The notes below the pieces were generated by a model. It had not been told where the DNA came from. It did no database searches and saw only the letters and a list, made by a program, of their open reading frames with translations. From the NCBI GenBank assembly GCA_963765495.1, contig CAVXWP010000004.1, positions 192,001 to 256,000 on the forward strand: a DNA stretch of 64,000 nucleotides, in the 5' to 3' direction. Both the position numbers and the translations under genes were made by a program. Source of the stretch: Blastocatellia bacterium. Its GTDB lineage: Bacteria > Acidobacteriota > Blastocatellia > UBA7656. The stretch's first letter is position 1. The number at the start of each line of letters is the position of its first letter. Shown in pieces: positions 40,741-50,440 of the stretch.

Positions 40741-40922
40741 TCCGGTTCCTGTTATTGCGGCACATCCGCTTGAGGAAGAGTGCCGCCTGTAAAGAGCAGC
40801 CTGGCACTTTGGAGGGAAATGATAACCCTGACCCTTTTTGAAGCCCTTGACGGTTTAAAGTCTACACGCAGCCCTCAGATTGTCAAGCAATCGCCGTTTG
40901 AGCCGGAGGACAAATCAAGCAG

Positions 40923-41837
40923 TCAAATCCATCCTTTATACTTGAACCACGCAAGCATCGCCCCTGTGATAACTACCAGCCCTCCGGTCATATACCAGAT
41001 TCCGTTCGGATCTTTCAAGAAAGGCATGTACTCGAAATTCATTCCAAAATATCCGGTCACAAGCGTAAGCGGCAGCATGATAGTAGCCAGTATGGTCAGC
41101 GCCTTGACTATGTCGTTTGTGCGATTGGCCATCTGCGTGAGGTATATGTCGAGGCCGCCCGTGAGCAGGTCCCGATAAGTCTCTACAAGGTCGAGGGCGC
41201 GAACCGCGTGATCGTAGACATCGCGGAAGTATATGCGCATATCGCTGTGGATGAAATCGGTCTCGTCGCGGATAAGCACATTGATAAGCTCTCGCTGAGA
41301 AGAGACTGCCCGGCGAAAATGGAGCAGGCTGCGCTTCATATCAAAGATCGTTTCGAGTAATTTCACATCAGGATTCAGCAACAGGTCATCCTGAATATGA
41401 TCAATCGTGTCTCCCATATTATCGAGCGTGGGCAGATAGCGGTCTACGACCATGTCCATCAGGGCGTGCAACACCATATCGGCCCGTTTCAGGTGGGCGG
41501 CATTCGTAGCCAGCTTTTTTTCGATTTCACATATCGCGAGGCTCTGGCCGAAGTGAACGGTCACTATGTAGTCGGGGCCGAGGAAGACGTCTATCTCTTT
41601 TGTGTTCACCTCGCAGGGCGATTCGGAATAATGGGTAGTGTTGACGATGACAAATGAATAGCCTTCGTAATAATCGATCTTGGCCAGTTGATTGCGATGG
41701 CGGCAATCTTCTACGGCGAGTTCGTGAAACCCATAACGGACGGCCAGATCATCAAGCGCCTTGCTGTTTGGATCATCAAGGTCGAGCCATAGCAGGCCGG
41801 GGCCATCCATAATAGTGCGGAGCCCAACCACAGCCAC
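40923..41837 (-). CDS. corA: CorA Mg2+/Co2+ transporter
   Basis: FHELAVED, YFRDVYDH, GYFGMNF; start uncertain. Confidence 0.92.
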   Translation of the reverse strand: MAVVGLRTIMDGPGLLWLDLDDPNSKALDDLAVRYGFHELAVEDCRHRNQLAKIDYYEGYSFVIVNTTHYSESPCEVNTKEIDVFLGPDYIVTVHFGQSLAICEIEKKLATNAAHLKRADMVLHALMDMVVDRYLPTLDNMGDTIDHIQDDLLLNPDVKLLETIFDMKRSLLHFRRAVSSQRELINVLIRDETDFIHSDMRIYFRDVYDHAVRALDLVETYRDLLTGGLDIYLTQMANRTNDIVKALTILATIMLPLTLVTGYFGMNFEYMPFLKDPNGIWYMTGGLVVITGAMLAWFKYKGWI

Positions 41838-41875
41838 ATCTGTTGTAGTTTGACTTATGGCTCTTACTCCTCCGA

Positions 41876-42000
41876 GCAGTAGGCAGTAGGCAGTAACGGA
41901 GTTGGGTACCAGCTATTCATATGCATTCGCCATGCTCTCTTCAGCAGTAGCCGTCAGTTCAGTATAAGCTGCCTACTGCCTACTGCCTACTGATTACTGA
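41876..42000. repeat. Inverted heptamer-repeat element (CAGTAGG family)
   Basis: GCAGTAGGCAGTAGGCAGTAA ... CTGCCTACTGCCTACTGCCTACTGA. Confidence 0.9.
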
Positions 42001-42002
42001 TC

Positions 42003-42335
42003 TCAACGTCTTCGTTTGGTTTGACGGCTGGCGCGGCGTTTAGTTCGCGCTTCTCTTGCTGCGGCATCTCCCGCATCGACCGCAGCCGTACTGGTGATAC
42101 TGCCGGCCGCTTCCGGCGTCGGCAAATCCAGGTCTACTTTGTCAAACTTTACACCGTAATCCATCGCTATGGCGAAAAGGAGACCGGCAATGGCCAATGT
42201 CATGAGCCAGTATCCGATTGTGAGCCATACGCCGCCAAGGGCAACTGTCGCCACTATTATGCCCCCGGCCACGATCAAAAATAGCACGCGCGGCAAGGTT
42301 ATCTGACCGCTCTTAATTACCTTATCTTCTGCCAT
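42003..42335 (-). CDS. Small membrane hypothetical protein
   Basis: Two TM segments, basic tail; GGGAG RBS. Confidence 0.7.
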   Translation of the reverse strand: MAEDKVIKSGQITLPRVLFLIVAGGIIVATVALGGVWLTIGYWLMTLAIAGLLFAIAMDYGVKFDKVDLDLPTPEAAGSITSTAAVDAGDAAAREARTKRRASRQTKRRR

Positions 42336-42494
42336 GAAATGATTCTCCCAGTATTATGAATGGTAGCCGATAATTATTACTGGAAGCGGCCCGCCTTTGC
42401 AACCTGTTAATACGGCGCGGCAGGACCGATTCAGCCAATTTACCTCCAAAGCTATTGACGCCAATTGCAGCCGGATAAAGAATTGCCGAAGCCC

Positions 42495-42524
42495 GTTAAC
42501 ACTTTTCACCGGAGGAGCGTCTAT
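42495..42524 (+). promoter_or_regulatory. ECF-type promoter (probably autoregulatory)
   Basis: -35 (T)AAC 42498-42500, 17-nt spacer, -10 CGTC 42518-42521. Confidence 0.6.
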
Positions 42525-42545
42525 AGTGGTGTACAGGGTAAAAGG

Positions 42546-43136
42546 ATGTACAGGATTGAAATGGGTCTATCGCTTGCGGCCAGACGACAACAGCCCGTGG
42601 CCAGACAAACCGTGACTGAATTCTCCCGAGAGACCTCGCTCGTAGAGGCCGTTCGCCGGGGGGATCAGGAGGCCTTCGGACGACTCTACGATCTTTATGC
42701 GCCTATGGTGCATGGGCTCCTGCTGGCCAGAGTGCCCTGGTCTGAGGTGGACGACCTTGTACAGGATGTGTTTCTCACGGCATTCAGGAAGCTCGACACG
42801 CTCAGAGAGAGCGCGGCCTTTGGCGGCTGGCTCGCCATGATTGCCCGCAACCGCGCGATGGATTTTCATCGCCGCTCGTATAGGACCGAAGAGCTTACCG
42901 AAGAGATGGCGGTCCGCAATTTTTCGGAGGCCGAGACGGAAGCGGCAAAGGCCCTTGATACGATTCGCGAGCTTCCCGAAGCTTACAGAGAAACGCTTAT
43001 CCTTCGCCTCGTGGAAGGCATGACAGGACCCGAGATTGCCGAACGAACGGGACTCACTCCCGCTTCGGTCCGAGTAAATCTCCATCGCGGCATGAAGTTG
43101 TTACGCGAGAAGCTTGGTATGGAGGAAGTATCATGA
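42546..43136 (+). CDS. ECF RNA polymerase sigma factor
   Basis: DDLVQDVF, FGGWLAMIARN, EIAE..G..SVRVNLHRG; start 42546 or 42561. Confidence 0.93.
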   Translation: MYRIEMGLSLAARRQQPVARQTVTEFSRETSLVEAVRRGDQEAFGRLYDLYAPMVHGLLLARVPWSEVDDLVQDVFLTAFRKLDTLRESAAFGGWLAMIARNRAMDFHRRSYRTEELTEEMAVRNFSEAETEAAKALDTIRELPEAYRETLILRLVEGMTGPEIAERTGLTPASVRVNLHRGMKLLREKLGMEEVS

Positions 43137-43954
43137 AAGACGATTATCTGTGGGATGGTTCGGGAGAGCCCGACCCGGAAATAGAGCAACTGGAACACCT
43201 ACTCGGCAGGTATCGTCATCACGGGGAAGCGCCCGAACTTCCCGCGCGACTTCCCGAGCCGCAGCGCTCGTGGATTACGCCCCGGTTTGCGGCGGCGGCG
43301 GCGATAATCCTGATGGCGCTCGCCGGATTGCTCCTGTTTCTGCTCTTGCCGGGCAGGCATCAGCAGCCTGAACAGGCTACGGGCAAGACACCGCAAGAGC
43401 AGCACGAAGAGAACAGTAAAGAGGCTCCTCCCGCGCCGCCTCAAAAGAAGGAAGAGATTGCAAGCAACACCGGCACGACACCTGAAAAGACCGGGCCGGG
43501 GCAAAAGCATTCCGCAAGCAATAAAAGAAGAGTGCAGGAAGCGCCTCAGAAGGAGACGCCCGTGAGAGAATCGCCGCAAATCGTGGCCTCTGCGAATCCT
43601 TTTCTCGATGCCGAAACGGCAAAGCATCTGGAAAGCGCGCAACTTCTTCTGAGGGCTTTCAGAAACATCCCGATTTCAGAGACGGAGACCGCGCTCGATG
43701 TCTCTTATGAAAAGCAACGGTCGAGAGAGTTGCTTGATAAAAATAATCGGTTGCGGCGCGAGGCGGAATCAAAAGGCAATTTGCCGGTCGAAGACCTGCT
43801 CGGCGATCTCGAGCCTTACCTGCTCGACATAGCCAATCTGCCCGACCGGGCTACAACCCAGGAGGTTCATTCAATAAAGAGCCTCATCGAAAAACGAGAA
43901 ATCGTATCCACACTGCAAGTCTATTCCAGGCCAATGATGGCCGGAGGATTTTAA
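43133..43954 (+). CDS. Putative anti-sigma factor (single TM)
   Basis: ATGA overlap with the sigma gene; one TM; helical extracytoplasmic domain. Confidence 0.75.
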   Translation: MKDDYLWDGSGEPDPEIEQLEHLLGRYRHHGEAPELPARLPEPQRSWITPRFAAAAAIILMALAGLLLFLLLPGRHQQPEQATGKTPQEQHEENSKEAPPAPPQKKEEIASNTGTTPEKTGPGQKHSASNKRRVQEAPQKETPVRESPQIVASANPFLDAETAKHLESAQLLLRAFRNIPISETETALDVSYEKQRSRELLDKNNRLRREAESKGNLPVEDLLGDLEPYLLDIANLPDRATTQEVHSIKSLIEKREIVSTLQVYSRPMMAGGF

Positions 43955-43975
43955 TCTATCTGTTGGGAGAAAAAT

Positions 43976-45520
43976 ATGAATCGCACTGATTACATTCAAG
44001 CCAGTTACCGCGCGAAGAGCCTCCGCCTGAGCCTAATGGTCGGGGTCGCAACCGCCCTGCTCACAGTCCTTCTGGTCTGCACCAGTCTGGTAAACGGTTT
44101 TGATCAGGATGTGGCAAAGCTCAACCAGTTTGTTCAGACATCCAACTCGACTGGCGCAGCAATGGACATGTTCCGCGAGGCAAGAGATTTGATCGCGGCA
44201 GAAAACTGGGGACGCGCCGGGCAGGTGCTCACCCGTTTGATAGACCAATACCCGCGAGACAAAAACGTTGACGCGGCGCTTTATTACCTCGCTTTCTCTA
44301 TGAAGAAACAGGAAAGGTTCAAGGATGCCGACACGCAACTCAAACGCCTGATAAGGGAGTATCCGCAGTCTTCGTGGATAAAGGACGCAAAGGCCATGCA
44401 GATAGAGATTGCCAACCGCGTAGGCAAACCGGCGGTTGATCCCGCGCAGGTGGATCAGGGAAATGAAGACCTTAAAACCTACGCGCTGCAAAGCCTCTGC
44501 CAGAACAACGCCGAGCGTTGCGCCTCGCTGGTATCCGATATTCTAAAGCCCGGTTACAACGCGAGCCCTCGATTCAAAGAGAACGCGGTCGCGCTCCTGG
44601 GCCAGAATCAAAGCGAGCAGGGGACCGCAATCCTTATGGATGTGGTCCGCAACAGTTCGGATTCCAAGCTGCGAAAGACGGCCATTTTCTGGGTCGGACA
44701 GACAAACGGCGAAGCGGCCTTCGACCTGCTGAAAGACCTTGCAACGACTTCGACCGATGACGAAGTAAGCAAGGCGGCGGTCTTTGCAATCTCTCAGCAC
44801 GACAGCGAGCGCGCCAGCCAGTTTCTGAGCCAGATGGCTCGAAACGCAAAATCGGTCACCGTGCGCAAGGAAGCGATTTTCTGGCTCGGTCAGAGAGACG
44901 ATGAAAAAGCCATCGACGAATTGAAAGCCGTCTTTGATGCCGATCAGGATGTGGAGATCAGAAAGCAGGTGCTATTTGCCCTCTCGCAACAATCAAGCCC
45001 GCGCGCTCGCACCCTCCTGAGCGAAGTCGCCCGATCTTCGGGCGCAGATGTTGAGGTTCGCAAGCAGGCCATCTTCTGGCTCGGGCAGAAGGGCGACGAG
45101 CAGAGCGCCGACGAATTGATCGCGATCTATGAAGCGAATAAGGATGAAGAGGTCCGCAAACAGGTCATATTCGCGATGTCGCAGATGGATAACCCGCGCG
45201 CTCAGGCAAGGCTTGCCGAAATAGCCCGCAACGGCGAGACGCCCGAGCTTCGCGGACAGGCCATCTTCTGGGTAGGTCAGAAGGGCGGAGAGCAGGCCTG
45301 TAATGACCTGTCTCAGCTTTACGATCAGGAAAAGAGCGAAGAGGTTAAGAAGAAAATCATCTTCGGCCTCAGCCAGAACAACACCAAATGCTCGCTCAGA
45401 AAACTTATGGACATAGCCAAGAATGACTCTTCGGTCGAACTGAGGAATCAGGCCATCTTCTGGATCGGACAAAACGACGACCCGGAGGCCACCAAATTCC
45501 TTCTAGATATTCTCAAGTAA
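43976..45520 (+). CDS. Exported TPR + HEAT-repeat protein
   Basis: BamD-like TPR (YPRD..AALYYLA); alternating RKxAIFWLGQ / KQVxFALSQ repeats. Confidence 0.85.
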   Translation: MNRTDYIQASYRAKSLRLSLMVGVATALLTVLLVCTSLVNGFDQDVAKLNQFVQTSNSTGAAMDMFREARDLIAAENWGRAGQVLTRLIDQYPRDKNVDAALYYLAFSMKKQERFKDADTQLKRLIREYPQSSWIKDAKAMQIEIANRVGKPAVDPAQVDQGNEDLKTYALQSLCQNNAERCASLVSDILKPGYNASPRFKENAVALLGQNQSEQGTAILMDVVRNSSDSKLRKTAIFWVGQTNGEAAFDLLKDLATTSTDDEVSKAAVFAISQHDSERASQFLSQMARNAKSVTVRKEAIFWLGQRDDEKAIDELKAVFDADQDVEIRKQVLFALSQQSSPRARTLLSEVARSSGADVEVRKQAIFWLGQKGDEQSADELIAIYEANKDEEVRKQVIFAMSQMDNPRAQARLAEIARNGETPELRGQAIFWVGQKGGEQACNDLSQLYDQEKSEEVKKKIIFGLSQNNTKCSLRKLMDIAKNDSSVELRNQAIFWIGQNDDPEATKFLLDILK

Positions 45521-45614
45521 CACGCTCGCTGTTTGTTGAAACCTTTTCGGGCCGGGGCTCACTTACCCTCCGGTTAAGAGAAACCGACCCTGTTAAAGGT
45601 GTCCTCCTCCTTCA

Positions 45615-45642
45615 CTCCCGGCCGTCAAGGCCGGGAGATTTT
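45615..45642 (+). terminator. Terminator/attenuator hairpin
   Basis: CTCCCGGCC-GTCAA-GGCCGGGAG-ATTTT. Confidence 0.7.
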
Positions 45643-45677
45643 GAACACCGCAATTGCGCTCACTGGAGAACAAGAGT

Positions 45678-46379
45678 ATGAGCACATACAATCAAACTCT
45701 CTTACGACTCGAAGGAGTCTCAAAAATCTTTTCCACGGATGAAGTCGAAACTCACGCCTTATCGGGCATCTTCCTTGAAGTCAAACAGGGCGAGTTTATC
45801 TCAATCGAAGGCCCTTCGGGCTGCGGCAAATCTACGCTGCTCTCGATTCTCGGGCTGCTCGATTCGCCGACCGAAGGCCAGTACACGCTGGGCGATAAAT
45901 CGGTGGCCTCTCTTCCGATGAGTGAAAGAGCGCGCATCCGCAACCGCGAAGTCGGGTTTATTTTTCAGAGTTTCAACCTGATCGGGGACCTGAGTGTTTA
46001 CGAAAACGTAGAGCTTCCGCTCACCTATCGCGGGATGAGATCGACCGAACGGCGGCGGCGAGTGCGGGAAGCACTCGAACGGGTGGGAATGGCGCACAGG
46101 GAGCGACACCTGCCCGCGCAATTGTCGGGCGGTCAGCAGCAGCGCATTGCAGTTGCCCGCGCAGTTGCCGGTGAGCCGTTGATCCTGCTTGCCGATGAGC
46201 CTACGGGAAATCTCGATTCCATTCACGGCGAGGCGGTGATGAACCTGCTCAAAGAGCTTCACTCTCAGGGAGCGACCATCTGCATGGTCACGCACGATCC
46301 GAGATACGCGCGCGAGGCCGACAGACAGATACATCTATTCGACGGACGAGTTATTCAGGAAGGCGTGCTGGCAGCCTGA
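45678..46379 (+). CDS. ABC transporter ATP-binding protein (MacB/LolD type)
   Basis: GPSGCGKST, LSGGQQQR, LADEPTGNLD. Confidence 0.95.
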   Translation: MSTYNQTLLRLEGVSKIFSTDEVETHALSGIFLEVKQGEFISIEGPSGCGKSTLLSILGLLDSPTEGQYTLGDKSVASLPMSERARIRNREVGFIFQSFNLIGDLSVYENVELPLTYRGMRSTERRRRVREALERVGMAHRERHLPAQLSGGQQQRIAVARAVAGEPLILLADEPTGNLDSIHGEAVMNLLKELHSQGATICMVTHDPRYAREADRQIHLFDGRVIQEGVLAA

Positions 46380-46382
46380 AAA

Positions 46383-46502
46383 GTTTTGAATTTTGAGTTT
46401 TGAGTTTTGAGTTATAGATACTTGGCGGATTCCACTAAAGTATCTGAGCTTTTAAATCTCAATCCCAAAACTCAAAATTCAACACTCAAAACTCAAAACT
46501 CA
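46383..46502. repeat. Inverted heptamer-repeat element (TTTGAGT family)
   Basis: (TTTTGAG)x4 on the left and (ACTCAAA)x4-5 on the right. Confidence 0.9.
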
Positions 46503-46527
46503 TTGAAAGGGTGAGGAGCGATCAAGG

Positions 46528-48966
46528 ATGGAAAGCATCTACAAGGACCTGCGTTTTAGCCTTCGGGTGTTGATAAACAGCCCCGGCTTTACTTTTGTTG
46601 CAATACTGACTCTTGCGCTCGGCATAGGCGCAAACAGCGCCGTCTTCAGCATAGTCAATTCCGTGCTGCTCAAGCCCTTGCCTTACCAGGACCCGGACAA
46701 ATTGGTCGTAGCCCTGCACGGCGGCACAAGCCCCGTCTCGCCCGCCGATTTTTTTGACTGGAAACGGCAGGCAAACTCATTCGAGCAGTTGGCCGCCGCC
46801 GAAATCTGGGGACCGAACCTGACCGGCAGAGATCGCCCTGAACAGATTCAGGCCCTTCGCGCTACGGATAATCTCTTCGCGCTCCTCGGGGTTCAACCCG
46901 TGCTCGGGCGCGGGTTTCTGCCCGGCGAAGATCAGCCGGGCGCGCAACCCGTAGTCGTGCTGAGTCAGGGGTTGTGGCAGAGACGTTTTGGCGGCGACCA
47001 AAAGATTCTTGGACAGACATTGACGCTCGACGGGAACAGCTACACCGTGATCGGCGTCATGCCTCCGGGTTTTCAATTCCCTATGTTCTGGGCTACAAAT
47101 GCCGAGATGTGGGCACCTCTTGTGATTGCGGACCGCACAGGCAATCGCGCTGCTCGCAGTCTGCGCATCTTTGGCCGGCTCAAACCGGATGTCAGCCTCG
47201 CTCAGGCGCAGACTGAGATGAGCGCCATCACCGCGAGGCTTACCGAACAGTACCCGAAAACAAACACGGAATCGAATGTTTCGGTCATTCCTCTCAAGAA
47301 AAAGGTCGTGGGCGATGTTCAACCGACTTTGCTTGTTCTGCTTTCGGCAGTCGGACTTGTCCTCCTGATCGCGTGCATAAACATAGCCAATTTGCTGCTT
47401 GCCAGAGCGAGCGGGCGCGAGAAAGAGATCGCCGTTCGCCTAGCGCTCGGAGCTACGCGCTTTCGCCTCGTGAGACAGATGTTGACAGAGAGCCTCCTGC
47501 TTGCCTTGATTGGAGGCGGAGCCGGGCTTCTGCTCGCTTTCTGGAGCGTTAATCTTTTCCTGTCCGCCCTGCCCGAAGGCACCCTGCCCCGCAGTAAGGC
47601 GATCAGCCTCGACACGCCTGCGCTTGTATTCACTCTGCTGCTCACCTTATTGACGGGGCTGTTTTTTGGCCTTGCGCCCGCGTGGCAGGCTACGCGCCCG
47701 GACCTGAACGAGGCGCTAAAGGCGGGCGGCAGAAACGCGGCGGCAAACCCGGGCAGCCATCGGTTGCGCAGTCTGCTTGTAGTCTCGCAGGTGGCGCTGG
47801 CCCTTATGCTTCTGATAGGGGCGGGGCTTTTGATAAGAAGCTTTATGAAATTGCAATCGGTTGATCCGGGATTCAGCCCACGGAATGTCTTAACCATGAC
47901 GGTTTCTGTGGCAGGCTCCGCTGAATCAGACGGCGCGAGGCGCGCAGTCTTTTATCAGCAGTTGCTCGAACGAATCGACGGGCTTCCCGGCGTCGAATCG
48001 TCAAGCGCGATAAACCATCTCCCGCTTGACGGTGACGTCTGGGGATTTTCCTTCAGCATAGAGGGCCGCCCCGCGCCTGAGCCGGGCGAGCGCATGCGCG
48101 CTGCCTATCGCGTAGCCCTTCCCGGATATTTTCACACGATGGGGATTTCGCTCGACAGGGGACGCGACTTTACCGACCGGGACACGAAGGACGCGCCCGG
48201 CGTCATCATTATCAATGAGACTCTGGCTCGCCGTTACTGGCCAAATGAAGACCCGATTGGCAAGCGAATAAAGATGGGAAGCGCGGAATCAGACGCCGAG
48301 TGGCTTTCAATCGCGGGCGTGGTCAAAGACGTGAAACAAGAGGAATGGACAGAAGAACCTGGAAATGAAGTCTATCTGCCTTTCTTGCAAGAAGAGGATT
48401 ATCTGACCAATCCCAAGCCTCATTATGCTTATCTCACGCTTGTTGCGCGGACCTCATCCGACCCGGCGGCTCTCGCCGCGCAGGTGCGAAACGAAGTGTG
48501 GGCAATTGATAAGAACCTCCCCGTTTCAAGAGTAGCCACGATGGAACAGGTGATCGCGGAACAGTTGTGGCGACCCCGTTTCCTGATGCTCCTGCTTGGC
48601 AGTTTCGCTTCGGTTGCTCTTTTGCTTGCGGCTGTCGGCATATACGGCGTTATGTCTTATGCGGTAGCGCGACGCACGCACGAAATCGGCATCCGCATGG
48701 CTTTGGGCGCGCAGGCAGGCGATGTTCTGCGGCTGGTCGTAGGCCAGGCGCTCGCGCTTGCCCTGACGGGCGTAGCAGCGGGGCTGGCTGCGGCCTTCGC
48801 CCTTACGCGAGTTGTGTCTGGGCTACTCTTTGGTGTGAGCGCGACCGACCCGCTGATCTTCATAGCTATTCCGTTGATCCTGACAGGAGTGGCTCTGGCA
48901 GCCTGTTTCATCCCTGCGCGCCGGGCCGCTCGGGTGGACCCTATGGTGGCTCTAAGGTGCGAATGA
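46528..48966 (+). CDS. ABC permease, duplicated MacB/FtsX (ADOP-type)
   Basis: TLALGIGANSAVFS, REKEIAVRLALGA, RTHEIGIRMALGA, VDPMVALR. Confidence 0.95.
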   Translation: MESIYKDLRFSLRVLINSPGFTFVAILTLALGIGANSAVFSIVNSVLLKPLPYQDPDKLVVALHGGTSPVSPADFFDWKRQANSFEQLAAAEIWGPNLTGRDRPEQIQALRATDNLFALLGVQPVLGRGFLPGEDQPGAQPVVVLSQGLWQRRFGGDQKILGQTLTLDGNSYTVIGVMPPGFQFPMFWATNAEMWAPLVIADRTGNRAARSLRIFGRLKPDVSLAQAQTEMSAITARLTEQYPKTNTESNVSVIPLKKKVVGDVQPTLLVLLSAVGLVLLIACINIANLLLARASGREKEIAVRLALGATRFRLVRQMLTESLLLALIGGGAGLLLAFWSVNLFLSALPEGTLPRSKAISLDTPALVFTLLLTLLTGLFFGLAPAWQATRPDLNEALKAGGRNAAANPGSHRLRSLLVVSQVALALMLLIGAGLLIRSFMKLQSVDPGFSPRNVLTMTVSVAGSAESDGARRAVFYQQLLERIDGLPGVESSSAINHLPLDGDVWGFSFSIEGRPAPEPGERMRAAYRVALPGYFHTMGISLDRGRDFTDRDTKDAPGVIIINETLARRYWPNEDPIGKRIKMGSAESDAEWLSIAGVVKDVKQEEWTEEPGNEVYLPFLQEEDYLTNPKPHYAYLTLVARTSSDPAALAAQVRNEVWAIDKNLPVSRVATMEQVIAEQLWRPRFLMLLLGSFASVALLLAAVGIYGVMSYAVARRTHEIGIRMALGAQAGDVLRLVVGQALALALTGVAAGLAAAFALTRVVSGLLFGVSATDPLIFIAIPLILTGVALAACFIPARRAARVDPMVALRCE

Positions 48967-48970
48967 TTAT

Positions 48971-49062
48971 TCGTGATGCGTGATGCGTGATTGGTGACTA
49001 TCGGGCGGTCCGCAGTTACACGGAAGCTTGCAGTCCTGCTAAATCACGAATCACGCATCACG
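48971..49062. repeat. Inverted heptamer-repeat element (CGTGAT family)
   Basis: TCGTGATGCGTGATGCGTGATTGGTGA ... AATCACGAATCACGCATCACG. Confidence 0.85.
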
Positions 49063-49104
49063 TGACCGTATCAGCACTATTTTGTTTGGAAAGGAACTCT
49101 TATC

Positions 49105-50244
49105 ATGCCGAAAATGACATACAAATTTTTCTGCCTGCTGGTTGCGGCAGTCGCGGTTTCATGTTCCGCTCTGGCTCAGAGCAAGCAATTCATCTCTGTT
49201 GACGGCCCCGATCTGAAGGCTCGGATCGACGCGGCAGTAAAACAGGGTCGCTCGGGAGGGTCGTCCTACTGGACTGCCTACTCATTCGACGTGAGGCCAG
49301 GTGTTGCCGTGGACTACGAGTGGAAAAATTCGCATGGGGTTACGCACTCCGATTCAGGAATCTCCATAAGCACATCCGACGACCCAACAATTGAGACTCG
49401 AAACCTCGGCATCTTTCTTTTGCGCAATCCGGGAGGCGACAGTGTCACCCGCGTGGAAGTTTACAACCTCGACCGCCAGCGTGAATACAGCGGGTATCCG
49501 GTCTACTGGCTCGGTCGCGCATCAAATGATGAGAGCATCCGCCTGCTCAAAAATCTGGCCGAAACTTACAAGTCAGACCGCATAGCCGAACACTCGGTTA
49601 TAGCGCTCGCCCTGCACGACGATCCTCGCGTGGGCGGCATATTGAAAGATTTCATTCGCAACTCGTCGGAAGACAGATTGCGCGAACCCGCCGTTTTCTG
49701 GCTGGGCCAGATTGGCGGAGAGACGCCCTTTCTGGCTGATCTGGTTCGCAACCAGAATGAGAACACAGAGATTCGAAAGAAAGCCGTCTTTTCCATCGGA
49801 GTGAGCAAAGACGCGCAGGCGCTTTCCACTCTGCGGAATCTTTACAGTTCAAGCGACAATCGAGAGGTCAGGAAACAGATCGTTTTCGCCGCCTCGATAA
49901 ACAGGGACGAAGACGCGGGGGTAGATTTTCTGATCGAGTCGGCTGAGAAAGAACCCGATCGCGAAGTGCGCAAACAGGCTATATTCTGGCTCGGGCAGAA
50001 GGCGGGCAAGCGCAGCCTTGAGGCGCTCGGGAACACCGTAAACAGTTCCGACGCGGATACCGAAGTGCAAAAACAGGCGGTATTTGCCATCTCTCAGCGG
50101 GACAAGAGCGAAGCCGTGCCGCTGTTGATAAAAGTCGCCCGCACTCATCCAAAGGGCGAAGTGCGCAAACAGGCCATCTTCTGGCTCGGCCAGATTGATG
50201 ACGAGCAGGCGCTTCAATTCTTCAAAGAGATTCTTTCAAAATAA
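49105..50244 (+). CDS. Exported HEAT-repeat protein
   Basis: Signal peptide; VRKQAIFWLGQ / KQAVFAISQ repeats like those of 43976-45520. Confidence 0.88.
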   Translation: MPKMTYKFFCLLVAAVAVSCSALAQSKQFISVDGPDLKARIDAAVKQGRSGGSSYWTAYSFDVRPGVAVDYEWKNSHGVTHSDSGISISTSDDPTIETRNLGIFLLRNPGGDSVTRVEVYNLDRQREYSGYPVYWLGRASNDESIRLLKNLAETYKSDRIAEHSVIALALHDDPRVGGILKDFIRNSSEDRLREPAVFWLGQIGGETPFLADLVRNQNENTEIRKKAVFSIGVSKDAQALSTLRNLYSSSDNREVRKQIVFAASINRDEDAGVDFLIESAEKEPDREVRKQAIFWLGQKAGKRSLEALGNTVNSSDADTEVQKQAVFAISQRDKSEAVPLLIKVARTHPKGEVRKQAIFWLGQIDDEQALQFFKEILSK

Positions 50245-50289
50245 AGCCTGACCTGAAGAAGCCGCCGCGTGACGCGCGAAAAAGTCTCA

Positions 50290-50353
50290 GACAGGATTAA
50301 CAGGATTTCCGCTATCTTCTTTCGCAAATTTTGTGAATCTTGTTAATCCTGTC
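50290..50353. repeat. REP-like palindrome, ACAGGATT family
   Basis: GACAGGATTAACAGGATT ... AATCTTGTTAATCCTGTC. Confidence 0.8.
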
Positions 50354-50376
50354 AAAAAACTGGCCCTTCGCCCTAC

Positions 50377-50405
50377 TTGACGTTGCCATATCCGCTCACT
50401 ACAAT
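50377..50405 (+). promoter_or_regulatory. Sigma70 promoter for ribA
   Basis: TTGACG-N17-TACAAT. Confidence 0.7.
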
Positions 50406-50440
50406 CCAAGCAGTAACTTTTAGAACTGATTGTTTTTGTT

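Noticed and set aside
40741-40860. SAM riboswitch upstream of cysteine dioxygenase
   Set aside because: A GCGGCAC/GTGCCGC hairpin exists but no SAM-class consensus could be recognised.
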